Positions 41,155 to 48,934 of a stretch of 64,000 bases of DNA are shown piece after piece. The notes beneath the pieces are model-generated. The model did not search any database, had not been told where the DNA came from, and worked only from the letters and a program-made list of their open reading frames with translations. Source of the DNA: an uncultured Bifidobacteriaceae bacterium. GTDB lineage: Bacteria; Actinomycetota; Acidimicrobiia; IMCC26256; PALSA-555. The stretch covers positions 1,069 to 65,068 of the forward strand of contig CAZKTS010000288.1 in the NCBI GenBank assembly GCA_964555735.1. Reading direction: 5' to 3'. The position numbers were made by a program, and so were the translations under genes. Position 1 is the stretch's first letter, and each line of letters starts with the position of its first letter.

Positions 41155-41183
41155 GAGGCGGCGGCACCGGCGGCGCTCGGGGC
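41155..41183 (+). repeat. 29-bp perfect direct repeat, copy 1
   Basis: GAGGCGGCGGCACCGGCGGCGCTCGGGGC. Confidence 0.8.
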
Positions 41184-41190
41184 GGCCGCG

Positions 41191-41210
41191 GTGTCTACCC
41201 GAGTAGACAC
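41191..41210. repeat. 8-bp stem / 4-nt loop palindrome GTGTCTAC-ccga-GTAGACAC
   Basis: Perfect arms. Unusually A/T-containing for this DNA. Confidence 0.75.
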
Positions 41211-41344
41211 CGATCGGCGGGGCTGGGGGGAACTGGTGCAACGTGGCGGGATCGCGAGGCGAATCGGCATCGCCGCTCGACGCGCATGCACTAGCCTCGC
41301 GGTGTATGCGGTATGTGAGTGAGCCGAACTAGCGGCCCGCGCTA

Positions 41345-41373
41345 GAGGCGGCGGCACCGGCGGCGCTCGGGGC
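41345..41373 (+). repeat. 29-bp perfect direct repeat, copy 2
   Basis: Identical 29-mer 190 bp downstream of copy 1, and 34 nt before the class-E box at 41407. Confidence 0.8.
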
Positions 41374-41406
41374 TGGGGCTGAATTAGCGGGGCCGGCCGC
41401 AGTGGC

Positions 41407-41416
41407 GCGCTATTCG
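41407..41416 (+). promoter_or_regulatory. class-E box GCGCTATTCG, 7 nt before ATG 41424 (SF2 helicase)
   Basis: ggcGCGCTATTCGgggtgggATG. Confidence 0.5.
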
Positions 41417-41423
41417 GGGTGGG

Positions 41424-42890
41424 ATGGCTGTGCGGGTGCGTGCGACGCTGGAGCTAGCCCTGGCTGACGTGCCGGCGGAGCTGGTGGACGCGCTGCGCGC
41501 GGAGTTCACGGTCGCGAACCCGGTTCGCGCGAAGCTGGAGGCGATGGGGCGGCGCAACCGTGCGATGGCGTGGCGCGCGGCGAAGACGCCGGCTGAGCTG
41601 CGGTTCTGGCGCGAGGCGGGGGGTGTGCTGCATCTACCGCGGGGCGCGGTGTCGCGAGTGCGGCGGGTGGCGGAGGCGCACGGGGTGCGGCTGACGTGGC
41701 GCGATGAGCGGGAGGCGGGCGGGGACTTCTACGCGCGTGCGATCGCGCATCGCCCGGCGAGTCGCGAGGCGGATGGTGGGGCGCTGCGGTGGTATCAGAC
41801 CGAGGCGATTGCGCGGGCGATGGATCGGCAGTGCGGGATCATTCGCGCGCCGACGGGGTCGGGCAAGACGACGATCGCGCTGGGGCTGGTGGCGGCGGTT
41901 CGGGTGCCTACGCTGGTCGTGGTGTGGTCGGGCGCGCTATTCGACCAGTGGGTGCAGCGACTGCGCGATGAGTTGGGGCTGCGCGCCGATGAGATTGGGC
42001 GATACGGTGCGGGGCATGATCAGGTGCGGCCGGTGACGGTGGCGATGCAACAGAAGCTCTGGCGCGGCATGTCGCGGGACTTCGTCGCGCGGTGGGGGAT
42101 GGTGGTGATCGATGAGGTGCAGCGCGCGCCGGCGCGCACGTTCGCCGAGGTGGTGGGCCAGATCCCGGCGAAGTACCGGATCGGGATCAGCGCAGACGAG
42201 ACGCGACCCGATGGGCTGGAGGCGGTGACGTACGACGTGTTCGGGCCGCTGGTGTACGAGGTGTCGCGCGATGACTTGATCGCGGACGGCAGCGTGCGCG
42301 ACGTGGAGATCCGGGTGGTGCCGACGGAGTTTCGCGCGGACTGGTATCGCGATCAGCTAGCGCGGCGGCAGATCCCAGACATCAAGCGGTTGCTCGATGA
42401 GATGGAGGCGGACGACGCGCGCAACGAGCTAGTGGCCGAGGTGATGCAGGGCGAGGTGCGCGAGGGCCGGCAGGTGGCGATGGTGGCGTCGCGGGTCGCG
42501 ATCTGTCGGCGGGTAGATGCGGCGTTGGCGGCGCGGCGGGTGGGGTCGGGCGTGGCGGTGGGCGAGGACGGCGCTGCGGCGGGCGAGGCGATCGCGCGGT
42601 TGAAGTCGGGCGAGCTGCGCGCGTTGTGCGCGAGCATCCAGCTATTCGGAACGGGCGTGGACGTGCCGGCGTTGTCGCGCGGCGTGCTGGCGACTCCGAT
42701 CGGGTCGAATCGCCAGCTGTTCGGCCAGGTGCGCGGGCGGCTGTCGCGACCTGGTGAGCCGGCGGTGCTCTATGTGCTGTGGGATCGACACGTCTACAGC
42801 GCGAACATGCTGCGGCGGCTGGAGGCGTGGAATCGGCGCGTGTTGGTGCGCGTCGGTGGTGGCTGGGTCGATGCGAGTGAGGTGGAGTAA
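41424..42890 (+). CDS. SF2 DEAD/DEAH-box (DExH) helicase, type III restriction Res-like/XPB-like
   Basis: WYQTEAI (Q), RAPTGSGKTT (I), VIDEVQRAP (II), SADETR (III), GTGVDVP (V), QVRGRLSR (VI). Confidence 0.85.
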   Translation: MAVRVRATLELALADVPAELVDALRAEFTVANPVRAKLEAMGRRNRAMAWRAAKTPAELRFWREAGGVLHLPRGAVSRVRRVAEAHGVRLTWRDEREAGGDFYARAIAHRPASREADGGALRWYQTEAIARAMDRQCGIIRAPTGSGKTTIALGLVAAVRVPTLVVVWSGALFDQWVQRLRDELGLRADEIGRYGAGHDQVRPVTVAMQQKLWRGMSRDFVARWGMVVIDEVQRAPARTFAEVVGQIPAKYRIGISADETRPDGLEAVTYDVFGPLVYEVSRDDLIADGSVRDVEIRVVPTEFRADWYRDQLARRQIPDIKRLLDEMEADDARNELVAEVMQGEVREGRQVAMVASRVAICRRVDAALAARRVGSGVAVGEDGAAAGEAIARLKSGELRALCASIQLFGTGVDVPALSRGVLATPIGSNRQLFGQVRGRLSRPGEPAVLYVLWDRHVYSANMLRRLEAWNRRVLVRVGGGWVDASEVE

Positions 42891-43138
42891 TGGCGAAGGT
42901 CCGTGTGGTGGTGACGCGAGGTGAAGAGGTTTACGCGCCGGTGAGTTATCACTCTTTCCGAGTGGGGCCGCTCTCGGTGACGTTCGAGTGCGAGTCGGAC
43001 ATGGTCGGTCCGATGGCGGAGGAGTGGACGGAGGCGCTTCGCCGGCTGAGCGACACGGTCTATGCCGATGAGCTGCGGCTGCATCTGGAGCGGGTGAAGA
43101 CTGCAGCGGCGGCGGCGCGTGCGAGCCAGCGCGCATGA
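42890..43138 (+). CDS. hypothetical protein (82 aa)
   Basis: TAATG overlap with the helicase stop. High GC3. Confidence 0.5.
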   Translation: MAKVRVVVTRGEEVYAPVSYHSFRVGPLSVTFECESDMVGPMAEEWTEALRRLSDTVYADELRLHLERVKTAAAAARASQRA

Positions 43139-43626
43139 GTCGGCGGCTGAGGTACGCCGAGCACGAGGCGGCGGCGGCCAAGCTGGCGGCGATGGTGACG
43201 GCGCGGCCGGCGGCCAAGCGGCGCGTGATCACACGGGCGCGCGCGGCGCAGGACTTGGAGCGCGCGATCGAGGCTCGCGACTATGCGAGCCTGCGGCCGA
43301 CGCATCTGGTCGCGTTGTGGGCGCGGTGCCATGGGCAGGTGTACGGGGTCGCGCCGGCGGAGCTGGACGCGGCCTCGTGGCGAGGCGCGGCGTTTGCGGC
43401 GGCGCGGCTGGTCAGGGGTGAGTTCGGCGGGTCGATGGAGGCGGCGGTGGAGTTCCTGCGGTGGACGTGGCGGCGGGAGCAGTGGCGCGAGGACAAGGCG
43501 CGCGAGGAGCGCAACGCGCGGGTGGGGCGCATCGGCTGGCGGCTGCAGTTCGTGGCGCGTCACTTGCTGACGGACTATCGGCTCGACCGGGCGCGGCGCC
43601 GGTTGCCGATCGGGGCGAAGCCGTGA
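43135..43626 (+). CDS. hypothetical protein (163 aa)
   Basis: ATGA overlap. High GC3. Confidence 0.55.
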   Translation: MSRRLRYAEHEAAAAKLAAMVTARPAAKRRVITRARAAQDLERAIEARDYASLRPTHLVALWARCHGQVYGVAPAELDAASWRGAAFAAARLVRGEFGGSMEAAVEFLRWTWRREQWREDKAREERNARVGRIGWRLQFVARHLLTDYRLDRARRRLPIGAKP

Positions 43627-43817
43627 GTCGCAAGGACCGAGTGATGTTGGCGGCGTGGGTGTCACCCGAGGTGCGCGAGGTCGCGCGGGTGGAAGCCGCG
43701 GCGGCGTGTATGGAGTTCTCGCGGTGGGTCGAGTGGGCGGTGAGGCGCGCATTCGCTGAGGAGGTTTCGCGGCAGGTGTTGCGGGATGACGCGGAGAAGG
43801 ACGCGGCGGGTCGATGA
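43623..43817 (+). CDS. ribbon-helix-helix (CopG/Arc-like) protein (64 aa)
   Basis: GTGA overlap. KDRVMLAAWVSPEVREVARVEAAAACMEFSRWVEWAVRRAF shows a beta-alpha-alpha pattern. Confidence 0.55.
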   Translation: MSRKDRVMLAAWVSPEVREVARVEAAAACMEFSRWVEWAVRRAFAEEVSRQVLRDDAEKDAAGR

Positions 43818-43848
43818 CGTGCAAGGAGTGCCACGGGTGCCGACTGGT
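43744..43848 (+). repeat. direct repeat copy 1 (~105 bp) flanking the DUF2829 gene
   Basis: 62 nt (43744-43805) are identical to 44177-44238. The next ~43 nt differ at about 6 positions. Confidence 0.85.
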
Positions 43849-43894
43849 GACGTGCAAGTTCTCACAGACAGAGGAGAGGGTTAATCATGGCTGA
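43814..43894 (+). pseudogene. truncated 5' copy (26 codons) of the zinc-ribbon gene at 44247
   Basis: MTCKECHGCRLV then diverges, compared with MMCKECHGCRLVGWSG at 44247. It lies in copy 1 of the ~105-bp direct repeat. Confidence 0.5.
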
Positions 43895-44162
43895 TTTCTC
43901 ATGGGCGTTGGCGGAGCTGAGGGCAGGGCGGCTGGTAGCTCGGGAGGGGTGGAACGGGAAGGGCCAGTGGCTCGCGCTCCCGAGGGCGTATCCGCGCGGC
44001 ATTCCGATCGACAAGAACACGGCTGAGGCGACGGGGATCCCCGAGGGGACGGTCTGCAGGTTCTTGCCGTACATCATCGTGCGGACGGTCGATGGGGCTT
44101 TCGTGCCGTGGCAGGCGTCGCAGACGGACGTGATGGCTGAGGACTGGGCGGCGCCCCCATGA
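43887..44162 (+). CDS. DUF2829-family protein (Tad2-like candidate anti-Thoeris nucleotide sponge)
   Basis: FSWALAELRAGRLVAREGWNGKGQWL ... LPYIIVRTVDGAFVPWQASQTDVMAEDW matches the DUF2829 hallmarks (A...lk.Gk.v.R.gW.gkg ... pW..SqtDllAeDW). GGAGAGG RBS. GC is lower than in the neighbours. Confidence 0.85.
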   Translation: MADFSWALAELRAGRLVAREGWNGKGQWLALPRAYPRGIPIDKNTAEATGIPEGTVCRFLPYIIVRTVDGAFVPWQASQTDVMAEDWAAPP

Positions 44163-44176
44163 GGCGCGTTCCGCCC

Positions 44177-44281
44177 GGCGCGCATTCGCTGAGGAGGTTT
44201 CGCGGCAGGTGTTGCGGGATGACGCGGAGAAGGACGCGCGCGGCCGATGATGTGTAAGGAGTGCCACGGGTGCCGACTGGT
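44177..44281 (+). repeat. direct repeat copy 2 (~105 bp) flanking the DUF2829 gene
   Basis: Duplicate of the RHH gene's 3' end plus the zinc-ribbon gene's 5' end. Confidence 0.85.
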
Positions 44282-44747
44282 CGGCTGGAGCGGGGCGGGG
44301 CCGCACTTCTGCCGCGCGTGCTCGCGAGAGGTGACGCTGCTCGAAGCGTTCGAGGTCATCACGGCGGCATGGCGTGAGCAGCGCTCTCGTGCCGAGCGAG
44401 CCGAGCACGCGAGGGATGAGGCGGCAGCGTGGCTGCTGACGATCGCGGAGATGACCAGCGACTACATGAAGGCGGTCGTGCTCGCGAAGCAGGCGCTGCG
44501 CGGGCGCTCGCCGAGTGCGCGGCTGCTTGCGCGGGTACAGGCCGGGGATGCTCTTTCTCACAGCCCGGAGGACGAGAGACTCGTGGCCGCCCGGGTAGCC
44601 GAGGTCATGGGTGGCGAGAAGCCAAGGCCGCTCAATAGTCGTGCGTGGGAGGAGCGAGCCGTGCGGGCCGAGGCTCGGTGTGCCGAGTATGAAGCTCGGC
44701 TGCAGCAGGTGCATGATGCGATTGAGCGACTCAGGGGTGACTCGTGA
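44247..44747 (+). CDS. zinc-ribbon + coiled-coil protein (166 aa)
   Basis: CKECHGC...FCRAC at the N-terminus, with a helical charged remainder. Confidence 0.55.
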   Translation: MMCKECHGCRLVGWSGAGPHFCRACSREVTLLEAFEVITAAWREQRSRAERAEHARDEAAAWLLTIAEMTSDYMKAVVLAKQALRGRSPSARLLARVQAGDALSHSPEDERLVAARVAEVMGGEKPRPLNSRAWEERAVRAEARCAEYEARLQQVHDAIERLRGDS

Positions 44748-45046
44748 GAGTGAAACCCACTGACCCAAGGTGGACCGTGAGCGGGATTGGCGTCTTGACG
44801 CCGCGTCAGGCGCTGGAGATTGGGCTTGCGCGCGACGAGCACAATTGCAGGACGTGGACCCGCGCGAGTGGCGTTGCTCAGCTGTCGCATATCGTGACGG
44901 ACTGTGCCGTGCGAGTCGTGCAGGTCCAGCGATTCCGCGCCTCTGGGTCCGCGACACGCGGCGATCGCGTGATGATGGGGCGGGCACTGCGCACTCTCAA
45001 TGTCGCGGTCGATCTGTGGACCGAGTCGACGGGGCGGACGCCATGA
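44744..45046 (+). CDS. hypothetical protein (100 aa)
   Basis: GTGA overlap. Somewhat lower GC3. Confidence 0.4.
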   Translation: MRVKPTDPRWTVSGIGVLTPRQALEIGLARDEHNCRTWTRASGVAQLSHIVTDCAVRVVQVQRFRASGSATRGDRVMMGRALRTLNVAVDLWTESTGRTP

Positions 45047-45279
45047 GCGTGACGCTGCGGACGTTGCGGGTAGAGCGCCCGGACTGGGCGTGGACGGCCG
45101 AGCGCGCGGGGATGGGGTGGCGATATGTTGGAGCACGCGGAGGGCGGCAGGTGGTGGTTTTCGCGTGTGCGCGGCTGATCGGCGAGGATGAGTTTGCGAC
45201 GGAGTGGCGTGTGGATGATGGAGCCATCTCGCGGTCTTATGTGTCGTGGTGGCTGGAGTGCGAGGCGCGGTCGGCATGA
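45043..45279 (+). CDS. hypothetical protein (78 aa)
   Basis: ATGA overlaps at both ends. Confidence 0.5.
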   Translation: MSVTLRTLRVERPDWAWTAERAGMGWRYVGARGGRQVVVFACARLIGEDEFATEWRVDDGAISRSYVSWWLECEARSA

Positions 45280-46748
45280 TGCGGCGGCGCGTGGGGTCTG
45301 GTGAGCGGGCGGCGCCTGCGGCGGTGCAGATCCCGCACGACGTCGTCAACGAGCAGGCGGTGCTGGTCGCGGCGTTGGCGGACGCCGATGTTCGGCGCAA
45401 GCTGACGCTGCAGATCAAGCCGGACGAGTTTGTGGTCCGCGAGCACGGTGTCTTGTGGATCGCGCTCGGCGAGGTGGCGAAGCGCCGGCTGGAGCCGGAC
45501 CTCGCGACGCTGCAGCAGCTGACGGGTGATGAGAAGTCGGCGCGGTATGCGATCGAGCTGGCGGGCGCGTTGGGTGCGCCGGCGAACCTTGACCATCATG
45601 TCACGGCGATGCGGTGGGATCGCGCGCGCGTTGAGGCGTCGACGGGGCCGCTGGCGCAGCTGATCGAGCTATTGCGCGACCCGCAGACGGAGCCGGCGCG
45701 GGTGCAATCGGTGGCTGGGCAGCTGGCGGAGGTGTTTCGGCGCGGTGCGGCGCATGAGCTACTGCGCGACCCGCAGGCGTTGTCGGCGGCGACACGGGCG
45801 GAGCGGGCGAGGCGCCGCGAGCGGGCGGTGTACCCGTACGGGATCGATGGGCTCGACTACACGGAGGACGGGGCGGTGCGAGTGATGCCCGGGTGTGCGC
45901 CGGGCAAGGTGACGGTGGTGACGGGCGTTCCGGGTTCGGGCAAGACCACGGTGGCGGCGCAGATGGCGCTAGGGCAGCTGCGTGCTGGGCGGACGGTGCT
46001 CTATGGCGCGTGGGAGATCGGGGCCGAGGCGGCGCTGGAGATGCTGGCGACGCTGTCGGTTGGGCAGTCGCGCTCGAAGGTTCTGGCGGCTGGGATCACG
46101 GCGGAGGAAGAGCGCGAGATCGAAGCCGAGGAGGAGCGGCTGCAGGCCGATCGCCGGCTGTATTTCGTGGGGCGCCCGAAGCGGGTGGTGGGGTCGCACA
46201 CGGCGCGCGGAGTGAGTGCGCACAACCTGCGAGCGTTGGAGGCGGTGCACGCGGCGATCGTGGAGACGGGTGCGGAGGTTTTCGTGGCCGACTTGTGGAA
46301 GCGCATGCTGACGGAGACGCGGCCCGAGGACGAAGAGGCGGCGTTCGAGGTGCAGCAGGACGTGTGTCAGCAGACGGGGTGCCACGGGCTGCTGCTGCAG
46401 CAACAGCGATTCAAGGACATCGAGTCGCGGCCCGACAAGCGGCCGACGCGCGAGGGGATCAAGGGATCGGGCACGTATGTCGAGGTCGCGGATGTGATCG
46501 TCGGCGTGCACCGCCCGGCGCTGTGGAAGAATATCGCGGACGACACGCTGGAGCTGATCTTGCTGAAGCAGCGATGGGGCGGGCGGGCGACGGCGATCGA
46601 GTTCGATTGGCACGGCGACACGGCGTCACTCGCGAACCCGCGCGAAGTACCGCTCGACGATGGCGTGCGAGGGCATGACGACGCGGACGACTTTCTGGCG
46701 CCGCGGGTGGGCAGCCCGAAGCGCGCGCGCAAGGGTGCGGGGCGGTAG
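45276..46748 (+). CDS. dnaB: DnaB-family replicative helicase
   Basis: The N-terminus PHDVVNEQAVLVAALAD is a DnaB_N-type pattern. Walker A is TGVPGSGKTT. RecA-like core (VFVADLW, LLLQQQRF, REGIKGSGTYVEVADVIVGVHRP). Confidence 0.85.
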   Translation: MMRRRVGSGERAAPAAVQIPHDVVNEQAVLVAALADADVRRKLTLQIKPDEFVVREHGVLWIALGEVAKRRLEPDLATLQQLTGDEKSARYAIELAGALGAPANLDHHVTAMRWDRARVEASTGPLAQLIELLRDPQTEPARVQSVAGQLAEVFRRGAAHELLRDPQALSAATRAERARRRERAVYPYGIDGLDYTEDGAVRVMPGCAPGKVTVVTGVPGSGKTTVAAQMALGQLRAGRTVLYGAWEIGAEAALEMLATLSVGQSRSKVLAAGITAEEEREIEAEEERLQADRRLYFVGRPKRVVGSHTARGVSAHNLRALEAVHAAIVETGAEVFVADLWKRMLTETRPEDEEAAFEVQQDVCQQTGCHGLLLQQQRFKDIESRPDKRPTREGIKGSGTYVEVADVIVGVHRPALWKNIADDTLELILLKQRWGGRATAIEFDWHGDTASLANPREVPLDDGVRGHDDADDFLAPRVGSPKRARKGAGR

Positions 46749-47674
46749 TGGTCGTCGATGTACCGCGGCTGTTGGAGGCGCTGGGCATCGCGCAGGGCAA
46801 GGCGCGCAACGCGCGCGAGGTGTGGTGCTTGTGTCCGGCGCACGTCGATCGGTCGCCGAGCTGGTCGATCGACCTGAAGGACGGCAAGCACTTCTGCTTT
46901 GCGTGCTCGTTCGGGGGCGGCCCGCTCGATCTGGTGATGCACGCGCGGAAGCTGACGCGCGGCGAGGCGGCGCAGTGGGTCCGCGATTCGGGCCTGGCGC
47001 TCGATTCGGCGACGCTGCCGGAGACGCGCGTGGTGTTGCGGGTGGGCTCGCTCGATCGGTTCGTGATGCCCGCCGAGGTGCAGATGGCCGAGCCGTGGCC
47101 GGCGGAGGCGCAGGCGTACGCTGAGCGGCGCGGCATCACCCGCGAGCAGATCGAGCGGTGGGGGATCGGGTACGCGGCGACGGGTCGCTTGGCCAAGCGG
47201 CTGGTGATCCCGATCGTCGATTGGCTGGGGCGGCTGTCGGGCTACACGGCGCGGACGTGGTCCACCTCGCCGGTGCGCTACTTGACCCCGAGCGAGGCTG
47301 AGCACCCGCGGCGGGAGGTGCTGTTCGGTGAGCGGCACTGGTTCGCGATCGGCGCGGAGGTCGTGGTGGTGACGGAGGGGGCGATCGATGCGTTGGCGGT
47401 CGAGCGCGCGTGTGAGGGGCGCTTCGCGGTGGCGGCGCTGAGCGGTGCGAGCAATTCGCGATCGAGGCTGGTGCAGGCGAAGCTGGCGCGATTTGGCTGC
47501 GTGGTGCTGGCGACCGATGTGGATTCGGCGGGAGACGCCGCGGCGGCCGGGTTGCGGGTGGCGCTCGCGCGGCACACTCACGTCGTCCGGCTGCGATACC
47601 CGGCGGGCGTTGACGCGGCTGGTATGGATCGGGCAGGCTTGGCAGAGTTGATCGTGGACGCGGTGAGCCGATGA
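46748..47674 (+). CDS. dnaG: DnaG-type DNA primase (CHC2 zinc finger + TOPRIM)
   Basis: CLCPAHVDRSPSWSIDLKDGKHFCFAC is a CHC2 finger. VVVTEGAIDALAV ... LATDVDSAGD is TOPRIM. Confidence 0.85.
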   Translation: MVVDVPRLLEALGIAQGKARNAREVWCLCPAHVDRSPSWSIDLKDGKHFCFACSFGGGPLDLVMHARKLTRGEAAQWVRDSGLALDSATLPETRVVLRVGSLDRFVMPAEVQMAEPWPAEAQAYAERRGITREQIERWGIGYAATGRLAKRLVIPIVDWLGRLSGYTARTWSTSPVRYLTPSEAEHPRREVLFGERHWFAIGAEVVVVTEGAIDALAVERACEGRFAVAALSGASNSRSRLVQAKLARFGCVVLATDVDSAGDAAAAGLRVALARHTHVVRLRYPAGVDAAGMDRAGLAELIVDAVSR

Positions 47675-47979
47675 ATCGCACGGGATCGAGATCGACGTGG
47701 CTGCGCAAGCTGCGAGCGCGCGGCGTGTCGATCGCGCCGTTCGTGCTGGCGGCGGTGTGGCGCGCGGATGGGCGGGTTGAGGCGGCGGCGGCGCTGCTCG
47801 GGATCACGTCGCGCAATCTCCGCCAGCACTTGTGGCGAGAGGCGCTGTGGGGCGAGGTGCATGCGGCGCGTGCGGCTGCGGCCGCGGCGCGGCGGGTGTA
47901 CTTGCCGGCGTCGATGGCGCAGGCGGCGCGTGAGGCGCTGCGCGCGCCGCTGGGAGCGCGGCGTGTATCGGACATGTGA
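47671..47979 (+). CDS. Fis-type HTH protein (102 aa)
   Basis: DGRVEAAAALLGITSRNLRQHL matches the gn...AA..LGisr.tL.rkl pattern. Confidence 0.55.
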   Translation: MNRTGSRSTWLRKLRARGVSIAPFVLAAVWRADGRVEAAAALLGITSRNLRQHLWREALWGEVHAARAAAAAARRVYLPASMAQAAREALRAPLGARRVSDM

Positions 47980-48178
47980 GCTGGGTCTAGAGGTGCGGCT
48001 GAAGCCGCAGCACGCGGCGCGGCGCATCCGTCGGGCGCTGGGCGTGTCGGCGAACCGGGCCGAGGCGGCGCGGCGCCTCGGCTGCGGCGTGCGGTCGCTG
48101 GTGCGGTGGATCGCGATACTCCGGGCGGAAGGGTTCGAGGTGGAGCATGGATCAGGCGACGTTGATGTTGGCGGTTGA
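47963..48178 (+). CDS. second Fis-type HTH protein (~71 aa)
   Basis: ANRAEAARRLGCGVRSLVRWI. GTG start at 47963 or 47993. Tandem to 47671. Confidence 0.45.
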   Translation: MYRTCELGLEVRLKPQHAARRIRRALGVSANRAEAARRLGCGVRSLVRWIAILRAEGFEVEHGSGDVDVGG

Positions 48179-48431
48179 GGCGATCTTCGATCAGCTGAAG
48201 GCGCTGCATCGCGCGGCGAAGCGGGGCGATGAGTCGGCCGAGTACGTGATGGGGCGCCACGATGATCTCGGGGCGGCGCTGCTCACGCTGATCAGCGCGA
48301 TGCCGGACGCGGGCGCGGCGGCGGTGCAGCGCGCACGGTTGCAGCGCGCGCTCGACTACGGGGCCGCGCAGTACCACGATCGCGTGGCAGCCGCGCGGAT
48401 CGAGCAGCCGCGACTGCGGCGGCGCGAATAG
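48147..48431 (+). CDS. hypothetical protein (94 aa)
   Basis: High-GC3 helical ORF. Confidence 0.5.
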   Translation: MDQATLMLAVEAIFDQLKALHRAAKRGDESAEYVMGRHDDLGAALLTLISAMPDAGAAAVQRARLQRALDYGAAQYHDRVAAARIEQPRLRRRE

Positions 48432-48452
48432 ACTTGAGGCGCGCCAAGGTTG

Positions 48453-48462
48453 GCGCTATTAG
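48453..48462 (+). promoter_or_regulatory. class-E box variant GCGCTATTAG with a 40-nt leader and AAGGAG before ATG 48503
   Basis: ttgGCGCTATTAGgtctgc...AAGGAGtcgagcATG. Confidence 0.4.
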
Positions 48463-48502
48463 GTCTGCACGCGCCACGAACCGGCGCGCAAAGGAGTCGA
48501 GC

Positions 48503-48934
48503 ATGGAAAACACGCGGACGCTGCTGAAGGCGGCGCACAAGGAGCTGGCGGGGCTGATGGGTGGGCGCGCGCGCATGGCGCGGCGCGAGCGGCTGCGGGT
48601 GGCGCTGGAGGCGGGCGTCATGGTGCGGACGCGCAAGGGTGCCGAGGTGGCGATCGCGCTGTCGCCGATCGACAGCGTGATCCACGCGATCGAGCTGATC
48701 AAGCTCGGCGAGGCGGTGCCGGCCGCGGCGGTGCAGCGGCTGCGGGCGGCCTTCGGCGCGGCGCCCGGGCGGCCGCAGGTGGCCGAGGCCGTGCGGCGGG
48801 CGATGGACGGCGCGGGCGTCGCGGCGGCCGCGCGGGATGCGTTCCTGCAGGCGATCGATCTGGACGTGGAGACGGCCGAGTCTCCGCTGGCGGCGGGGCT
48901 GGACGCGGCGCGGCGCCGGCGGGGGCGCGCGTGA
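48503..48934 (+). CDS. hypothetical protein (143 aa)
   Basis: AAGGAG RBS at 48491-48496. A GCGCTATTAG box lies 40 nt upstream. Confidence 0.5.
   Translation: MENTRTLLKAAHKELAGLMGGRARMARRERLRVALEAGVMVRTRKGAEVAIALSPIDSVIHAIELIKLGEAVPAAAVQRLRAAFGAAPGRPQVAEAVRRAMDGAGVAAAARDAFLQAIDLDVETAESPLAAGLDAARRRRGRA

Larger units (their letters stand above)
40567..41423. other. 0.86-kb non-coding, repeat- and hairpin-rich region (candidate origin / regulatory RNA locus)
   Basis: Only Arg/Pro/Ala-rich shadow ORFs occur here. It contains repeat copy C, four perfect inverted repeats, a 29-bp direct repeat and a ~50% GC patch at 41031-41070. Confidence 0.6.

Noticed and set aside
40643-41357. ORFs of 128-206 aa on both strands inside the 0.86-kb gap.
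   Set aside because: All are Arg/Ala/Pro/Gly-rich with no start context. They overlap one another in several frames and run across the inverted and direct repeats. I treated the region as non-coding.
41934-41943. An extra exact GCGCTATTCG copy inside the SF2 helicase CDS.
   Set aside because: No start codon follows at the usual 6-7 nt spacing in any sensible frame. It is probably fortuitous, or an internal element. I kept it as a caveat for the class-E hypothesis rather than as a feature.
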